Source of the DNA: Candidatus Latescibacterota bacterium
GTDB lineage: Bacteria > Latescibacterota > UBA2968 > UBA8231
Assembly (NCBI GenBank): GCA_963422735.1
Contig: OY730476.1
Location: forward strand, 3,136,001 to 3,200,000
Direction: 5' to 3'
DNA length: 64,000 bases
In this document: one piece after another, positions 20,825 to 30,235 of the stretch
How positions within the stretch are numbered: position 1 is the first letter of the stretch
Layout of the letters: the number at the start of each line of letters is the position of its first letter
Program-made: the position numbers and the translations under genes
Notes under the pieces: generated by a model
The model's database searches: none
The model's input: only the letters and a program-made list of their open reading frames with translations
Told to the model about the DNA's origin: nothing

Positions 20825-21538
20825 ATGAACAAAATATGGGTCCTGCAAAACGCGCAGCCGGAGAACTTGGGAATTGCCGGCCAGGTTTTTCAAGGCTGCG
20901 GTCTCGCGCCCGCCTACGTACATACCTTTGTCGGCGAGGAGGTCCCCCGCTACATGGACGGGGCCGTCGGCCTAGTGGTCTTGGGCGGTCCGATGGGTGT
21001 GTACGAACACGACCGCTACCCGTTTCTGGACGCGGCGATGCGCCTTATCGACCAAGCCCTGAAAGAGGACAAGCCCGTGCTCGGCATCTGCTTGGGCAGC
21101 CAGCTTTTGGCCACGGCTCTTGGTGCTCGGGTCGCCCGCGGCCCACAGCGGGAAATTGGCTGGCATCCAATTGAGCTGAAGCCCGCTGCCAGTGAAGACC
21201 TGCTAATGGGCGGGATAGAACCATCTTTTATGGGCTACCACTGGCACGGCGACATCTTCGATTTGCCCAAGGGCGCTATCGCACTAGCCTCTTCTGCTCG
21301 CACTGCCTACCAAGCGTTTTCTTATGGCCGGGCGGCGTATGGCGTCCTCTTCCATCTGGAAGTTACCACAAAAATTATCGCCGATATGGTCCGGGTTTTT
21401 GCCGACGAAGTGCGCGAGGAGGGGCTAGATGGCGAGCAAATTAAAGCCGACGCGGCCCAGTACTTGCCTGCCCTCCATGCCAACGGGCGGGCCTTCTTCC
21501 AGAACTGGGCTACTCTCTGCTTGGAGGTGCCTCGGTGA
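20825..21538 (+). CDS. Type 1 glutamine amidotransferase (GMP synthase-like)
   Basis: LGGPMGVY, PVLGICLGSQL, HWHGD, FHLE. Confidence 0.9.
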   Translation: MNKIWVLQNAQPENLGIAGQVFQGCGLAPAYVHTFVGEEVPRYMDGAVGLVVLGGPMGVYEHDRYPFLDAAMRLIDQALKEDKPVLGICLGSQLLATALGARVARGPQREIGWHPIELKPAASEDLLMGGIEPSFMGYHWHGDIFDLPKGAIALASSARTAYQAFSYGRAAYGVLFHLEVTTKIIADMVRVFADEVREEGLDGEQIKADAAQYLPALHANGRAFFQNWATLCLEVPR

Positions 21539-21550
21539 GAAGCCGCTGGT

Positions 21551-21754
21551 ATCGATGAACGGACTTTCCTAGATAAGGACTGTTTAATCAGTGGTCAGTG
21601 GTCAGTGGTCAGTTCCATCCGCCTCCTTGGCGACGGGCCCCGGAACATCAACGCGGGGGACCGCGCTGGCCCGGACGAGGGCTACGGGCATGCCGAGTGA
21701 TACCGCCTACATGAAACCGGAATCCCCAACCGTACACTAGGAAATTTCGTCGAT
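21551..21754. other. Structured intergenic element (candidate ncRNA or MITE-like), family unassigned
   Basis: Terminal imperfect inverted repeat ATCGATGAA..TTTCCTAG / CTAGGAAA..TTCGTCGAT plus nested pairings between convergent genes. Confidence 0.35.
21588..21613. repeat. Tandem heptamer repeat (TCAGTGG)x3.7
   Basis: TCAGTGG TCAGTGG TCAGTGG TCAGT read directly. Confidence 0.85.
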
Positions 21755-21774
21755 GAATCTAGGCTTCGCGCCAC

Positions 21775-24465
21775 TCAGGTCGAAACCCCTAACAAGCCGC
21801 GCGTCAGTTGAAAATCGACGTTGCGCTGCTGCAAGGCACCGGAGATATGGTCGCCCAGTGCCACCCGAGCCAACAAAGCGGCCAATTGCTCGGCCCAATC
21901 GTCGGCCACACCCGTCAGCGCCCAATCAATATCATCGCCGTAGAGTGCTGCCACCGTCGGATTCGCGCTTACCTGCACCACCGGCATGAGAGGGTGCCCC
22001 TGTAGAGGATGCTCGCCAGTATGGGCCAGGATTAGGTACACGCCCGTGGCACCCAGTCCGGTAGCCGTCTCCACCCAGTGGTCCGTGGGCGTCTCCATGA
22101 TGTAAAAACCCGGCTCTACTGCCGTCTGTCCGTAGGGCAATGTCACGGCGTCTGAGGGCTGTACTAGCGCAGATTCCAGATACGCCGGTTTCTGCAGCAG
22201 GGCCGCGTTGTGCGGCACGATCACGGTGCCGCCCGCGGTCACTACCCAGCGCGTCAACTGGGCAAAAGACCGCGCCGCATCCTCCTCCAGCTCGCCAGTC
22301 GCCTGCATCCCCAAGCGCAAGGCACCCAAGCCGCATTCCATGGTAACGGGAGCCTCCGTCTCTGCCAGTGCTTGGCGGAACCACGCCTCGACCTTGTCCA
22401 TGGTCTTGACAATGCCGCCGTCCAACTGTACCGAAGCCCAGCCGAAAATAGCCGGGTCCAAACCCCATTCCTCAAGGCCGTTGCGCATGTAGTCGTTGTG
22501 CGTCTTTTCGCAGCCGTGCTCCAGCAGCAAAACGCGCCGCGCCAGCGGATGTGCTGCGTACCCCATCATGGTGCGCAAGTGCATTTGCTCGGTGGCACCG
22601 CTCGACGACAGCCCACAGCCCTCGGTGTGGACCAAGGCGACAAAGCGCGACAGGCCCTGCTCGCGGCCCACTTGCCGGGCATTGAGCCGCTCGGCGCACA
22701 TGCGGGCGATCTGGCCGGCGCACAGGCTGGTGGGCAATACCAGCCCCACCTGATCGATAGCTGACCCGCGCTCTCCATCCAGCACGGGGAACGACACCGC
22801 TGGCCCGACCTCGGGCCGCACCGGCACGGGCCGGCCCTCGGGCACGGGAGCGGCCAACAGTTCCTCCAGTCGATTGGTATCGGTCTGTTGCCAATTGCGC
22901 CAGATGGACACTTGAGCATGGCCAGCCCGCTCGCCCAGCGAGCGCTCGCCCGAAGCCACCCGTAAGGTGCGTTCGAACAACGCTTGGCCCAACTCGTCCA
23001 TCGGTGTGCCATCCAAGTAAGCCCCGGCGTTGACATCGAGGTCCGCGGCCAGCAACTGGTAGCGCTCCGAGGTGGTGACGATCTTGATCGTGGGTACAAA
23101 GGGAAAATTGGTAATGGAACCGTTACCAGTGACAAAGAAAATGGCATTGCAGCCGCTGGCCACCTGCCCGGCAATGCTTTCCAAGTCGTTGCCCGGACTG
23201 TCCATAAAGTGGAAACCAGTCCCTTTGAGCGGCTCGCCGTACTCAATGGCGTAGTCCAAGCGCACGTCTGGATCGCGTTTGCGCGCTGCGCCAATGGACT
23301 TGAGCGCGATGTTGTAGAGACCGCGAAATTTGTTGCCCCCGGAGGGGTTGCCCTCGGCTGAGGCACCGTGCCACGATACCCGCTCCTTGAAGCGCTCGAC
23401 CATGTGCAAAAAGGTGCGCGCGGTCTCCACATCTTTGACGTTTTGCAGTACATACGGTTCGGCACCGATCAACTCGTCGGTCTCGGCGAGGTTGGCTGCA
23501 CCGCCGTAGCGGATCAGCTCGCGCGCTACCCAAGCGGCCAGCGGGTTGCCCGAAATGCCCGAAAAGGCGTCCGAGCCGCCGCACTGCAAGGCGATCTTGA
23601 GATAGGCCAAATCGTGCTCGCCCCGCACCTCGTCCGCCATTTCCCGGGCCCAAACCGCCACTTGCCGATCTCCTTCTTCCAAATGCGCCTCGAAGGAACC
23701 GTCCAAGCTCATAAAGCGGTGCCGGATGTGGTCGAGGGCATAGCCGTGCGCCACCATGTACTCCCGCAGCATGTTGTTGGTTACGGCTTCGCTGCCATAG
23801 TCCACCGCCACCATGGCACCGACGTTGGGATGGACGACAAAGCCGGCCAGCGTGCGCAATAGGAGCTCGCGGTTGTTGGGAGCGGACCCACCGCCGCCCT
23901 CGGTGTGGGCAATCGGCACCACGCCATCGCCGGCCGGTCGGCCGCTCCAGCGCTCGGCCAATAGCCGGGCATAGCTGGCCGTGCGCGAGGATGTACCCAA
24001 GACGACGATATAATTGCGCGTGCCCACGCCCCGTCCTCCAGGGCGACCATAGCCCAAAAAGGTCCGCCGCTCCTCATGCGAATCGAGTGCAATTCCGGGC
24101 TGAAAATTCGCCGGATTCAGTTGATACGGCTCAATGCGATCGACGAAATTGGCCTGCTCGGGCAACTCGAAGTCCAATTGCCGGATGCCCAATGCGTCGA
24201 GCATACTCTGATTGCAGGCGTAGTCGCCCGGCTTTAGGGCGCGCTCGGCCACGCCAAAGGGCAGTTGCCACGATAGCAGGAACTGGCCGGGTTCAATCGG
24301 CGCGACGGCAAAGCGATGGCCTTCCATCACCGTGTGGGACAAAGTGAACGACCGTCCCTCGTAGTCGATGCCCGTGCCCGCTTCTAGACGCCGGGTAGCA
24401 ATGGCCACATTGTCCCCGGCCATGGGCAGCCGGGCTACTTTGCTAAAGGAAAAAACCGAGCTCAT
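21775..24465 (-). CDS. UxaA family altronate/galactarate dehydratase-like protein with internal partial duplication
   Basis: SAF domain DNVAIA, GTRNY, HTEG, QCGGSDAFSG, SGGNK, TGNG; second HTEGCG/HGCEKT module. Confidence 0.85.
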   Translation of the reverse strand: MSSVFSFSKVARLPMAGDNVAIATRRLEAGTGIDYEGRSFTLSHTVMEGHRFAVAPIEPGQFLLSWQLPFGVAERALKPGDYACNQSMLDALGIRQLDFELPEQANFVDRIEPYQLNPANFQPGIALDSHEERRTFLGYGRPGGRGVGTRNYIVVLGTSSRTASYARLLAERWSGRPAGDGVVPIAHTEGGGGSAPNNRELLLRTLAGFVVHPNVGAMVAVDYGSEAVTNNMLREYMVAHGYALDHIRHRFMSLDGSFEAHLEEGDRQVAVWAREMADEVRGEHDLAYLKIALQCGGSDAFSGISGNPLAAWVARELIRYGGAANLAETDELIGAEPYVLQNVKDVETARTFLHMVERFKERVSWHGASAEGNPSGGNKFRGLYNIALKSIGAARKRDPDVRLDYAIEYGEPLKGTGFHFMDSPGNDLESIAGQVASGCNAIFFVTGNGSITNFPFVPTIKIVTTSERYQLLAADLDVNAGAYLDGTPMDELGQALFERTLRVASGERSLGERAGHAQVSIWRNWQQTDTNRLEELLAAPVPEGRPVPVRPEVGPAVSFPVLDGERGSAIDQVGLVLPTSLCAGQIARMCAERLNARQVGREQGLSRFVALVHTEGCGLSSSGATEQMHLRTMMGYAAHPLARRVLLLEHGCEKTHNDYMRNGLEEWGLDPAIFGWASVQLDGGIVKTMDKVEAWFRQALAETEAPVTMECGLGALRLGMQATGELEEDAARSFAQLTRWVVTAGGTVIVPHNAALLQKPAYLESALVQPSDAVTLPYGQTAVEPGFYIMETPTDHWVETATGLGATGVYLILAHTGEHPLQGHPLMPVVQVSANPTVAALYGDDIDWALTGVADDWAEQLAALLARVALGDHISGALQQRNVDFQLTRGLLGVST

Positions 24466-24474
24466 TATAGCTCC

Positions 24475-25890
24475 TCAATAAGGCGTGGACGACGAAGTAA
24501 TGGCGCACCAGCGGGCTGGCTTTAGGGCTTCGACCAAGGCGCGGCAGGCTTGGGCGGTCCCGATCTTGCGCAAAGCGGTACTGGCGTAGTAGCGCGTATA
24601 GCGATTTGGATCGACCAAAGCACGAGCAACCGTCGGTACTAGCTCGTCGTCGGGGGGGGCCATCTTACTCAGGGAAAAGACAGCGTTGCGCCGCACCAAC
24701 TCCACCTTGTCGTCCAAAGCGCGGGCGAGTGCCGGAGCCGTCGATACCGCCGCCGGACCAATCGTCCCTAAGGCCTCGGCGGCATTGCGCCGCACCCACA
24801 TAGCGTCATCGCTCAAGGCCGCCTGCAATACTGGCACCGCCGCAGCCGCCTCCTTGCCCATAGTCGCCAAGGCACCCATTGCCGCCGCCCGGCCGGGCCA
24901 GGGGTCCTGCTGGGCGGCGGCCAATAACCCATCCAAAGCGTCTGTGCCCAAGGTGGCCAAGGCGTGTACCGGTCCCAATTCGCCCGGATTGCCGCCTTGG
25001 GGATTGGTCGGCGAATGGGCCAGATTGGTCTCGGCTTGCGCTTGGGCTTGGCTCCGCATGTCTTCGATCAGCCCTTCTACTTGGTCTCCTCCCAAGCTGT
25101 AGGCCGCTTGCAGGCGGCCCGTTTCCGATTCGGCACCCAAATCCTCCCAGCGTGCGCTGCCGCTGCTCGCTGCCGGCCGGCCACACAACCAGTCCCACAC
25201 GTGCCGCGACAATGCTGGGTGTGGATCGCCGTCGAGGGGCTGCCAGTGGGCCACTTTATTGTTCCACGTCGGTGCCTCTGGTTCCGTCATGCGGGTGAAC
25301 TGGTATTTGAGCATGTAGCGCCTTTTGTCCGAGCGATTGGCCGTGGCCCGGTGCCAGCTATCGAAGTTGACGATGGACACTGTGCCGGCCGGGCCGCACA
25401 AGCCCAATTCGGTCTCGGTGGCTCGCTCTGGATCGGCATTGGAGATGCTGTTGTACCACTGCTGTCCCGGCATCACGCCGGTGGGGCCCATATCCGAAGT
25501 GACGTCTTGGGGGTAGTAAAAGGCCATGACCCAACGGCAGCGGTGATAGCGGATATTCTGGTCGAAGATGTAGTCGTCCTTGTGCCAACTTTGGCCGTCG
25601 CTGCCGGGGGGATTGAGGTGACAGTAGCGATGCGGGTGCATCAGATAGCCCGCACCCAGAATACTGGTCAGGGCACCGCGCACCGCAGGGTGGGCAAAGA
25701 CCTCGGCGATGGCGGGGATGCGCGGCGCGATATTGTTGCCGGGGTTGCCTTCGGCTTCCAACACCGCGTCGATTTGGCGGCACACTACGGCGTGAAAATC
25801 GCCCGGGAAATCCGCCTGCACCTGAACATAGCCTTGGGCGATGAATTGCTGCATCTCGGCGTCGCTGAGCAAGTGCTTTTCGGCTTCCAT
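24475..25890 (-). CDS. PhyH-family dioxygenase fused to HEAT repeats
   Basis: FIAQGY, SWHKD, MGPTGVMPG, SWHRA; then WVRRNAAEALGTIG-type HEAT_2 repeats. Confidence 0.85.
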   Translation of the reverse strand: MEAEKHLLSDAEMQQFIAQGYVQVQADFPGDFHAVVCRQIDAVLEAEGNPGNNIAPRIPAIAEVFAHPAVRGALTSILGAGYLMHPHRYCHLNPPGSDGQSWHKDDYIFDQNIRYHRCRWVMAFYYPQDVTSDMGPTGVMPGQQWYNSISNADPERATETELGLCGPAGTVSIVNFDSWHRATANRSDKRRYMLKYQFTRMTEPEAPTWNNKVAHWQPLDGDPHPALSRHVWDWLCGRPAASSGSARWEDLGAESETGRLQAAYSLGGDQVEGLIEDMRSQAQAQAETNLAHSPTNPQGGNPGELGPVHALATLGTDALDGLLAAAQQDPWPGRAAAMGALATMGKEAAAAVPVLQAALSDDAMWVRRNAAEALGTIGPAAVSTAPALARALDDKVELVRRNAVFSLSKMAPPDDELVPTVARALVDPNRYTRYYASTALRKIGTAQACRALVEALKPARWCAITSSSTPY

Positions 25891-25902
25891 TACTCTCTCC
25901 TC

Positions 25903-27210
25903 CTAAAAGCGGCGGTCCAGCGCCCATGCGGCCCAGGACCGCACGTATTCGTTACCCTGCTGACGCGCCCGCTGCAAGGCGGCTACCGCCGCGGCCGGTG
26001 CGCGCCATTTGGCCAGTGCCATGGCTGCGTTTTCGCGCAGCGGCGCATCGGACAGAGACCAAGGCGTCATCGCGCGGCTATCGTCCAGTGCCTGCGCCAA
26101 GGCCGGTACTGCCGCCGGCACCTGACCCATGTTGCCCAAGGCGTCGGCCGCATTGCGACAGACCCATTCGCTGTCGTCCTGCAATGCTGCGGCAAGGGCC
26201 GAGGTCGCCCCCTGAGCCTCGGCACCCATGCAGCCTAGGGCGCTGGCCGCCCCGGCTCGCAGCCACCAATCCCGATCCTGCAACGCCTCGATGAGCGCAG
26301 GCACTGCCACAGCGCCAGCCGCGGCCAGCCCGTAGGGGCTTTCCAACTGGCTGGGATTGGTAAAATCGCCGCGTGCGAGATTGACTTGCCAACGCCGGGC
26401 GGACTCGTCTTTTAGTGCCGCCATCAATACCGGCATCCCCTCCACCCCTAGCGCCCCCAAGTCGTAATAGGCATCCAGCCGCACCCGTTCATCGATATCC
26501 TGCAACGCCGCCTGCAAGGCGGCTACCGACCGGTGCGGCCTCAAGGCAGGGGCCTGCCCCCCGTACCAGCGCCACAGCGTGCGGTACAGGGCCGCGTGGC
26601 GTCCTGTCGGTAGCCACTGGCTGCGCCGTTCTGGCGAGATCTCCTCGGTGCGGGCGAAGAGGAACTTCAGCATATAGCGCGTCCGGGTCGAGCGATTGGC
26701 CGTGGCCCGGTGCCACAATTCGTAGTGGGTGATGACCGCAGTGCCCGCCGCGCAGGTCAGGGGCAGCCCTTCGACCTCATCGCCGGGTCCATCCATATAG
26801 TACTGAGTCCTAGGCACCAGTGCCGTAGGCCCCATATCCGGCGTTACCTCGTGCGGATAGTACAGCATTAGGGCATAGCGCGGGCGGTGGTAGCGCATAT
26901 TGCCGCCGAGGGGATAATCCTTGTGCCAAGCTTGGGCTTGGTTGCCCGGCGCGAGATCGTGGCAGTGGCAGTGGCGGTTGAGGGCGTATCCAGACCCTAG
27001 GATACCGGTCAAGGCCGCATCGATTGCCGGATCGGCAAACAACTGATGCAGTAGGGGAATGCGCTCTATCAGGTCGTTGCCCGGATTGCCCGTGGCGAGC
27101 ACGCATTCGACTTGGCGATGCAGTTCGCCGTGCAGGTCCGCGGTCGGTTGCACCACGAGGTATCCCCGGATGATGAAATCCTGTAGGGCCGCATCGCTTA
27201 GGTGGGCCAT
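25903..27210 (-). CDS. PhyH-family dioxygenase fused to HEAT repeats
   Basis: FIIRGY, AWHKD, MGPTALVP, LWHRA; AVPALIEALQD and WVCRNAADALG repeats. Confidence 0.85.
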   Translation of the reverse strand: MAHLSDAALQDFIIRGYLVVQPTADLHGELHRQVECVLATGNPGNDLIERIPLLHQLFADPAIDAALTGILGSGYALNRHCHCHDLAPGNQAQAWHKDYPLGGNMRYHRPRYALMLYYPHEVTPDMGPTALVPRTQYYMDGPGDEVEGLPLTCAAGTAVITHYELWHRATANRSTRTRYMLKFLFARTEEISPERRSQWLPTGRHAALYRTLWRWYGGQAPALRPHRSVAALQAALQDIDERVRLDAYYDLGALGVEGMPVLMAALKDESARRWQVNLARGDFTNPSQLESPYGLAAAGAVAVPALIEALQDRDWWLRAGAASALGCMGAEAQGATSALAAALQDDSEWVCRNAADALGNMGQVPAAVPALAQALDDSRAMTPWSLSDAPLRENAAMALAKWRAPAAAVAALQRARQQGNEYVRSWAAWALDRRF

Positions 27211-28304
27211 CAGCCTATCCTAACTTCCCGCCCCTCGGCAGCCGAGCGGTACAGACCGTCGAGGGCGGCCATGACGTTGAGCACTTCCTCTTTTTTAACC
27301 AGCAACTCGGCCCGTCCCTCAAGCACCTCGACAAAATGGGCCGCGGCTTTGTAGTGGCCTGAGAAGGGCACCGAGAGGTCGGGCGGCACGTTGAGCCGGG
27401 TGTCGGCCTGATAGCGGCCCAAGGTGCCGATAAAAGTGAGGGGATTGAAAGTGAGGCCGCCCTTGGTGCCCATGATGAGGGTGCCGCCGGTACCATCGGG
27501 CAAATTGGCCGCCCAACTGGCCCGAATGCTGATGGTGGCGTCGTTTTCCAAACGCAAAAAGCCAGCGGCCATATCCTCGACATCGTATTCGCTCATGTCG
27601 TAGTCCCGGGGCGCGAACACGCCCTCTGGAGCACCGCTGTCGGCCAGCGACGTGACCACATCTTCGCGCTGGTCGGCCAGTTTGGTATAAGTCGCGCCCG
27701 AAGCGGCCACTACTTTGGGGTTGCCCATGATCCACAGCAGGGCGTCGAGGGCGTGGACGCCAATGTCGTAGAGGGGGCCGCCGCCCGAGGCTTCTTTTAT
27801 ATGGAAGCGGCCCCAAGTGGGCACTCCGCGACGGCGGAAGGCCGAGGTTTCGGCATAGTACATCTCGCCCAAGTGTCCGCTAGCGGCCAGTTGCTTGGCA
27901 GCGGTATTGGTGCCGGAGAAACGGCTCGTCTGGGTGACAAATAGATGGCGTCCGTCGGCCTTGGCCGCCGCGTACATGGCCACTGCGTCGGCGTGGCTGG
28001 CAGCTACGGGTTTTTCGCAAAACACGTGGGCACCGGCTTGGAGGGCAGCTTCGGTGTAGGCGCGATGCGAGACATTGGGGGTGCAGACGGAGACGATATC
28101 CGGGCGCAGCTCGTCCATCATGCGCCCACAGTTGTCGTACGCGTGGGGGATGCCGTGGCGGGCGGCGGTCTGTTGGGCTTTGGCCAAGGTGCGATTGAAC
28201 AGGCCGACCACTTCCACGGCTGGGGCCAACTCCCGCCAAGCAGGAATATGACCGACGTTGGCGACCATGCCAGTGCCCACGACGGCTACTTTGTATGGGG
28301 CCAT
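27210..28304 (-). CDS. Gfo/Idh/MocA family oxidoreductase
   Basis: Start MAPYKVAVVGTG; CTPNVSH, CEKP, SGGGPLYDIGVHALD, YDVED. Confidence 0.9.
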   Translation of the reverse strand: MAPYKVAVVGTGMVANVGHIPAWRELAPAVEVVGLFNRTLAKAQQTAARHGIPHAYDNCGRMMDELRPDIVSVCTPNVSHRAYTEAALQAGAHVFCEKPVAASHADAVAMYAAAKADGRHLFVTQTSRFSGTNTAAKQLAASGHLGEMYYAETSAFRRRGVPTWGRFHIKEASGGGPLYDIGVHALDALLWIMGNPKVVAASGATYTKLADQREDVVTSLADSGAPEGVFAPRDYDMSEYDVEDMAAGFLRLENDATISIRASWAANLPDGTGGTLIMGTKGGLTFNPLTFIGTLGRYQADTRLNVPPDLSVPFSGHYKAAAHFVEVLEGRAELLVKKEEVLNVMAALDGLYRSAAEGREVRIG

Positions 28305-28364
28305 GATCTGTTGTCCTTTTGCAATGGTGCGATGCGAGCGATGGGCCAAAGTCACAGACGGAGG

Positions 28365-28722
28365 AATTGGCGCGGCGATTGTCGGCAGTCACCAAAGGGC
28401 TATCCAACGCTTGGGCCAAAGCCACGAACTCGCAGTTGTAGGCCGACAGCGAAGAAGCCGCTACCAAATTCAATACCTAAGCAGAAGGCACCTCGAATTC
28501 ATTTTCTTGGAGGAAATCCCCGGCTTCTTGTTGGATAGCTAGCGCCTTTTCCAAGCTGATGACTTTCTTTCTTAAATAGAGAGCCAGTACGCTTCTGAAT
28601 TCGCTTTTCCACAACAGCGGTGCGGCCCAACGGCTGTTTTTTTGCAACATCTGCTCGACGAGGACGGTCTGCTTGGTGGACAAATACAGGCGGCTGATGA
28701 TGTTCGTATCTACGACGATCGC
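28365..28722 (-). pseudogene. VapC/FitB PIN toxin pseudogene
   Basis: IVVDTNII...APLLWKSEFRSVL...EVPSA*VLNLV...SAYNCEFVALA...LVTAD; in-frame TAG at 28477-28479, start codon lost. Confidence 0.82.
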
Positions 28723-28962
28723 TGTCTGCCTGTGGCAATGGCCCGTTCGATTTCCTCGGCCTGCATTGGGCTCGATCCTATTTGGGGACCCGTAGGGCCC
28801 GGGCACGAGTCAGGCGCTCTTCAGGCCCAATGCGCCGACCGAGAAAGGCGTGTTCCAAGCAGGCGATGATTTCGCTGTTGAGGCTGCGCGGTGCGTTTGC
28901 GCGGCTGTTTTCAGTTCTTCGTAGAGCTTGGGTGGGATATTCTTTATGGTAATTGCTGGCAT
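28722..28962 (-). pseudogene. FitA/Arc-family RHH antitoxin pseudogene
   Basis: MPAITIKNIPPKLYEELKTAAQTHR, frameshift to RSLNSEIIACLE, second shift to AEEIERAIATGR. Confidence 0.8.
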
Positions 28963-29059
28963 GAGTACATTCTTTCCTGAGATTGTATTTTGGTGTCAAA
29001 ATGGTTTGCTCGCGTTTGGCAGTCAAGGGGCTACAAAAAAATAGATTTTCTTCCCGCAA

Positions 29060-29076
29060 CGGACATTCCTTGTCCG
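29060..29076. promoter_or_regulatory. Perfect inverted repeat CGGACA-N5-TGTCCG, probable WYL-regulator operator
   Basis: Palindrome 35 bp upstream of the WYL gene start, followed by a -10-like TATCTT. Confidence 0.55.
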
Positions 29077-29111
29077 CTTGGCGCATATCTTTCTCGCGTA
29101 GAGGCTGAGTT

Positions 29112-30092
29112 ATGCCCATAACGGATGCGATTCACAAGACCGACCGGCTTGAAGAGGTCAGATTGCTGTTTCTTCGCCGCCCCGAAGGCATGGGAACCGA
29201 CCTATTGCGGGTGAACCAGCGGACGGCCCGGCGCTATGTGCAGGAGCTGTCGGCGAAGGGACGGCTGCCGGTGTACCGGGACGGCCGGGTTTGGAAGTTG
29301 GTAGAAGGCGGGCAGATCGATCTGCGTCGGATTCAATTGAACTTAGACGAGGCCCTCGCGCTCTATTTGGCGGCACGGATGTTGTCGGCCTATAGCGACA
29401 AGTACAATCCACACGTGGTTTCGTCGCTGCTCAAACTATCTTCGGCCTTGCCCGACGCCATTGGGGCACATGTCGGGCGCGCCGCAAAGGCGGTTTCCAA
29501 AAGGTGCCCTGCGTCCGGGTATCTGAAGGTCTTGGAGGGGTTGACACGGGCTTGGGCCAGCCGACGGAGGGTGCGGCTCAGCTATCGGGATCCGGTTTCT
29601 GGGGAGCGCTCGGAGCGCCTGTTCGATCCCTTTTTCATCGAGCCATCCTTTGCGGGCTATGCCTGTTACGTGCTCGGTTTTGATCACTTTCGTACGGCGA
29701 TCCGCATTTTCAAGGTCGAGCGGTTGGAGCGGGTCGAGGTGCTGGATTCGACCTATGAGATGCCGCTGGACTTCGATCCCTACGACTATTTGCAGCACGC
29801 TTGGGGGATTATGGGCGGCGACGCGGTGGTCGAGGTGCAGTTGCGGTTTTCCGAACGGGTGGCCTATAGGGTGTGGGAGTCGGACTGGCCGGGGGTAGTG
29901 AAACGGGAGGAAGGAGAAGATGGGCGTTGTACGCTGACTTTTTTGGTCAACCACCCCTTGGAGATGAAGCCTTGGATTAGAGGATGGGGGCCGGATTGCG
30001 AGGTGCTGGTGCCGAAGGGGTTGAGGCGGGAGATTGCGGCAGAGATGCGAGAGGCAGCGGCGGTGTATGAAAGCGAAGGGAATGCGACTTGA
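29112..30092 (+). CDS. WYL-domain transcriptional regulator (HTH-WYL-WCX)
   Basis: VNQRTARRYVQEL HTH, EALALYLA, YVLGFD..RIFKVERL, WIRGWGPDCEVLVPKGLR. Confidence 0.92.
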   Translation: MPITDAIHKTDRLEEVRLLFLRRPEGMGTDLLRVNQRTARRYVQELSAKGRLPVYRDGRVWKLVEGGQIDLRRIQLNLDEALALYLAARMLSAYSDKYNPHVVSSLLKLSSALPDAIGAHVGRAAKAVSKRCPASGYLKVLEGLTRAWASRRRVRLSYRDPVSGERSERLFDPFFIEPSFAGYACYVLGFDHFRTAIRIFKVERLERVEVLDSTYEMPLDFDPYDYLQHAWGIMGGDAVVEVQLRFSERVAYRVWESDWPGVVKREEGEDGRCTLTFLVNHPLEMKPWIRGWGPDCEVLVPKGLRREIAAEMREAAAVYESEGNAT

Positions 30093-30235
30093 ACCGGAGC
30101 CGATTCCCGCTTTTGCGAGAAGACGGATTGAGGCGGAGGAACAGCGGGACATTTACGGAACCGTCTTGGAGGCGGCGAATGCGTTGTACGCAAGCGGTGC
30201 CGACGGCAAGCGCATGTATAGAAAGGGATTTAATT

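Noticed and set aside
24964-26238. Long plus-strand ORF of 424 aa (and similar shadow ORFs such as 22566-23465 and 18737-19540)
   Set aside because: Antisense or off-frame to well-supported genes, with no motifs; typical of high-GC DNA
30089-30235. N-terminal extension of Cas3 in the ORF track
   Set aside because: Cas3 homology begins at YYAH and a GTG with RBS lies at 30236; the extension looks non-protein-like
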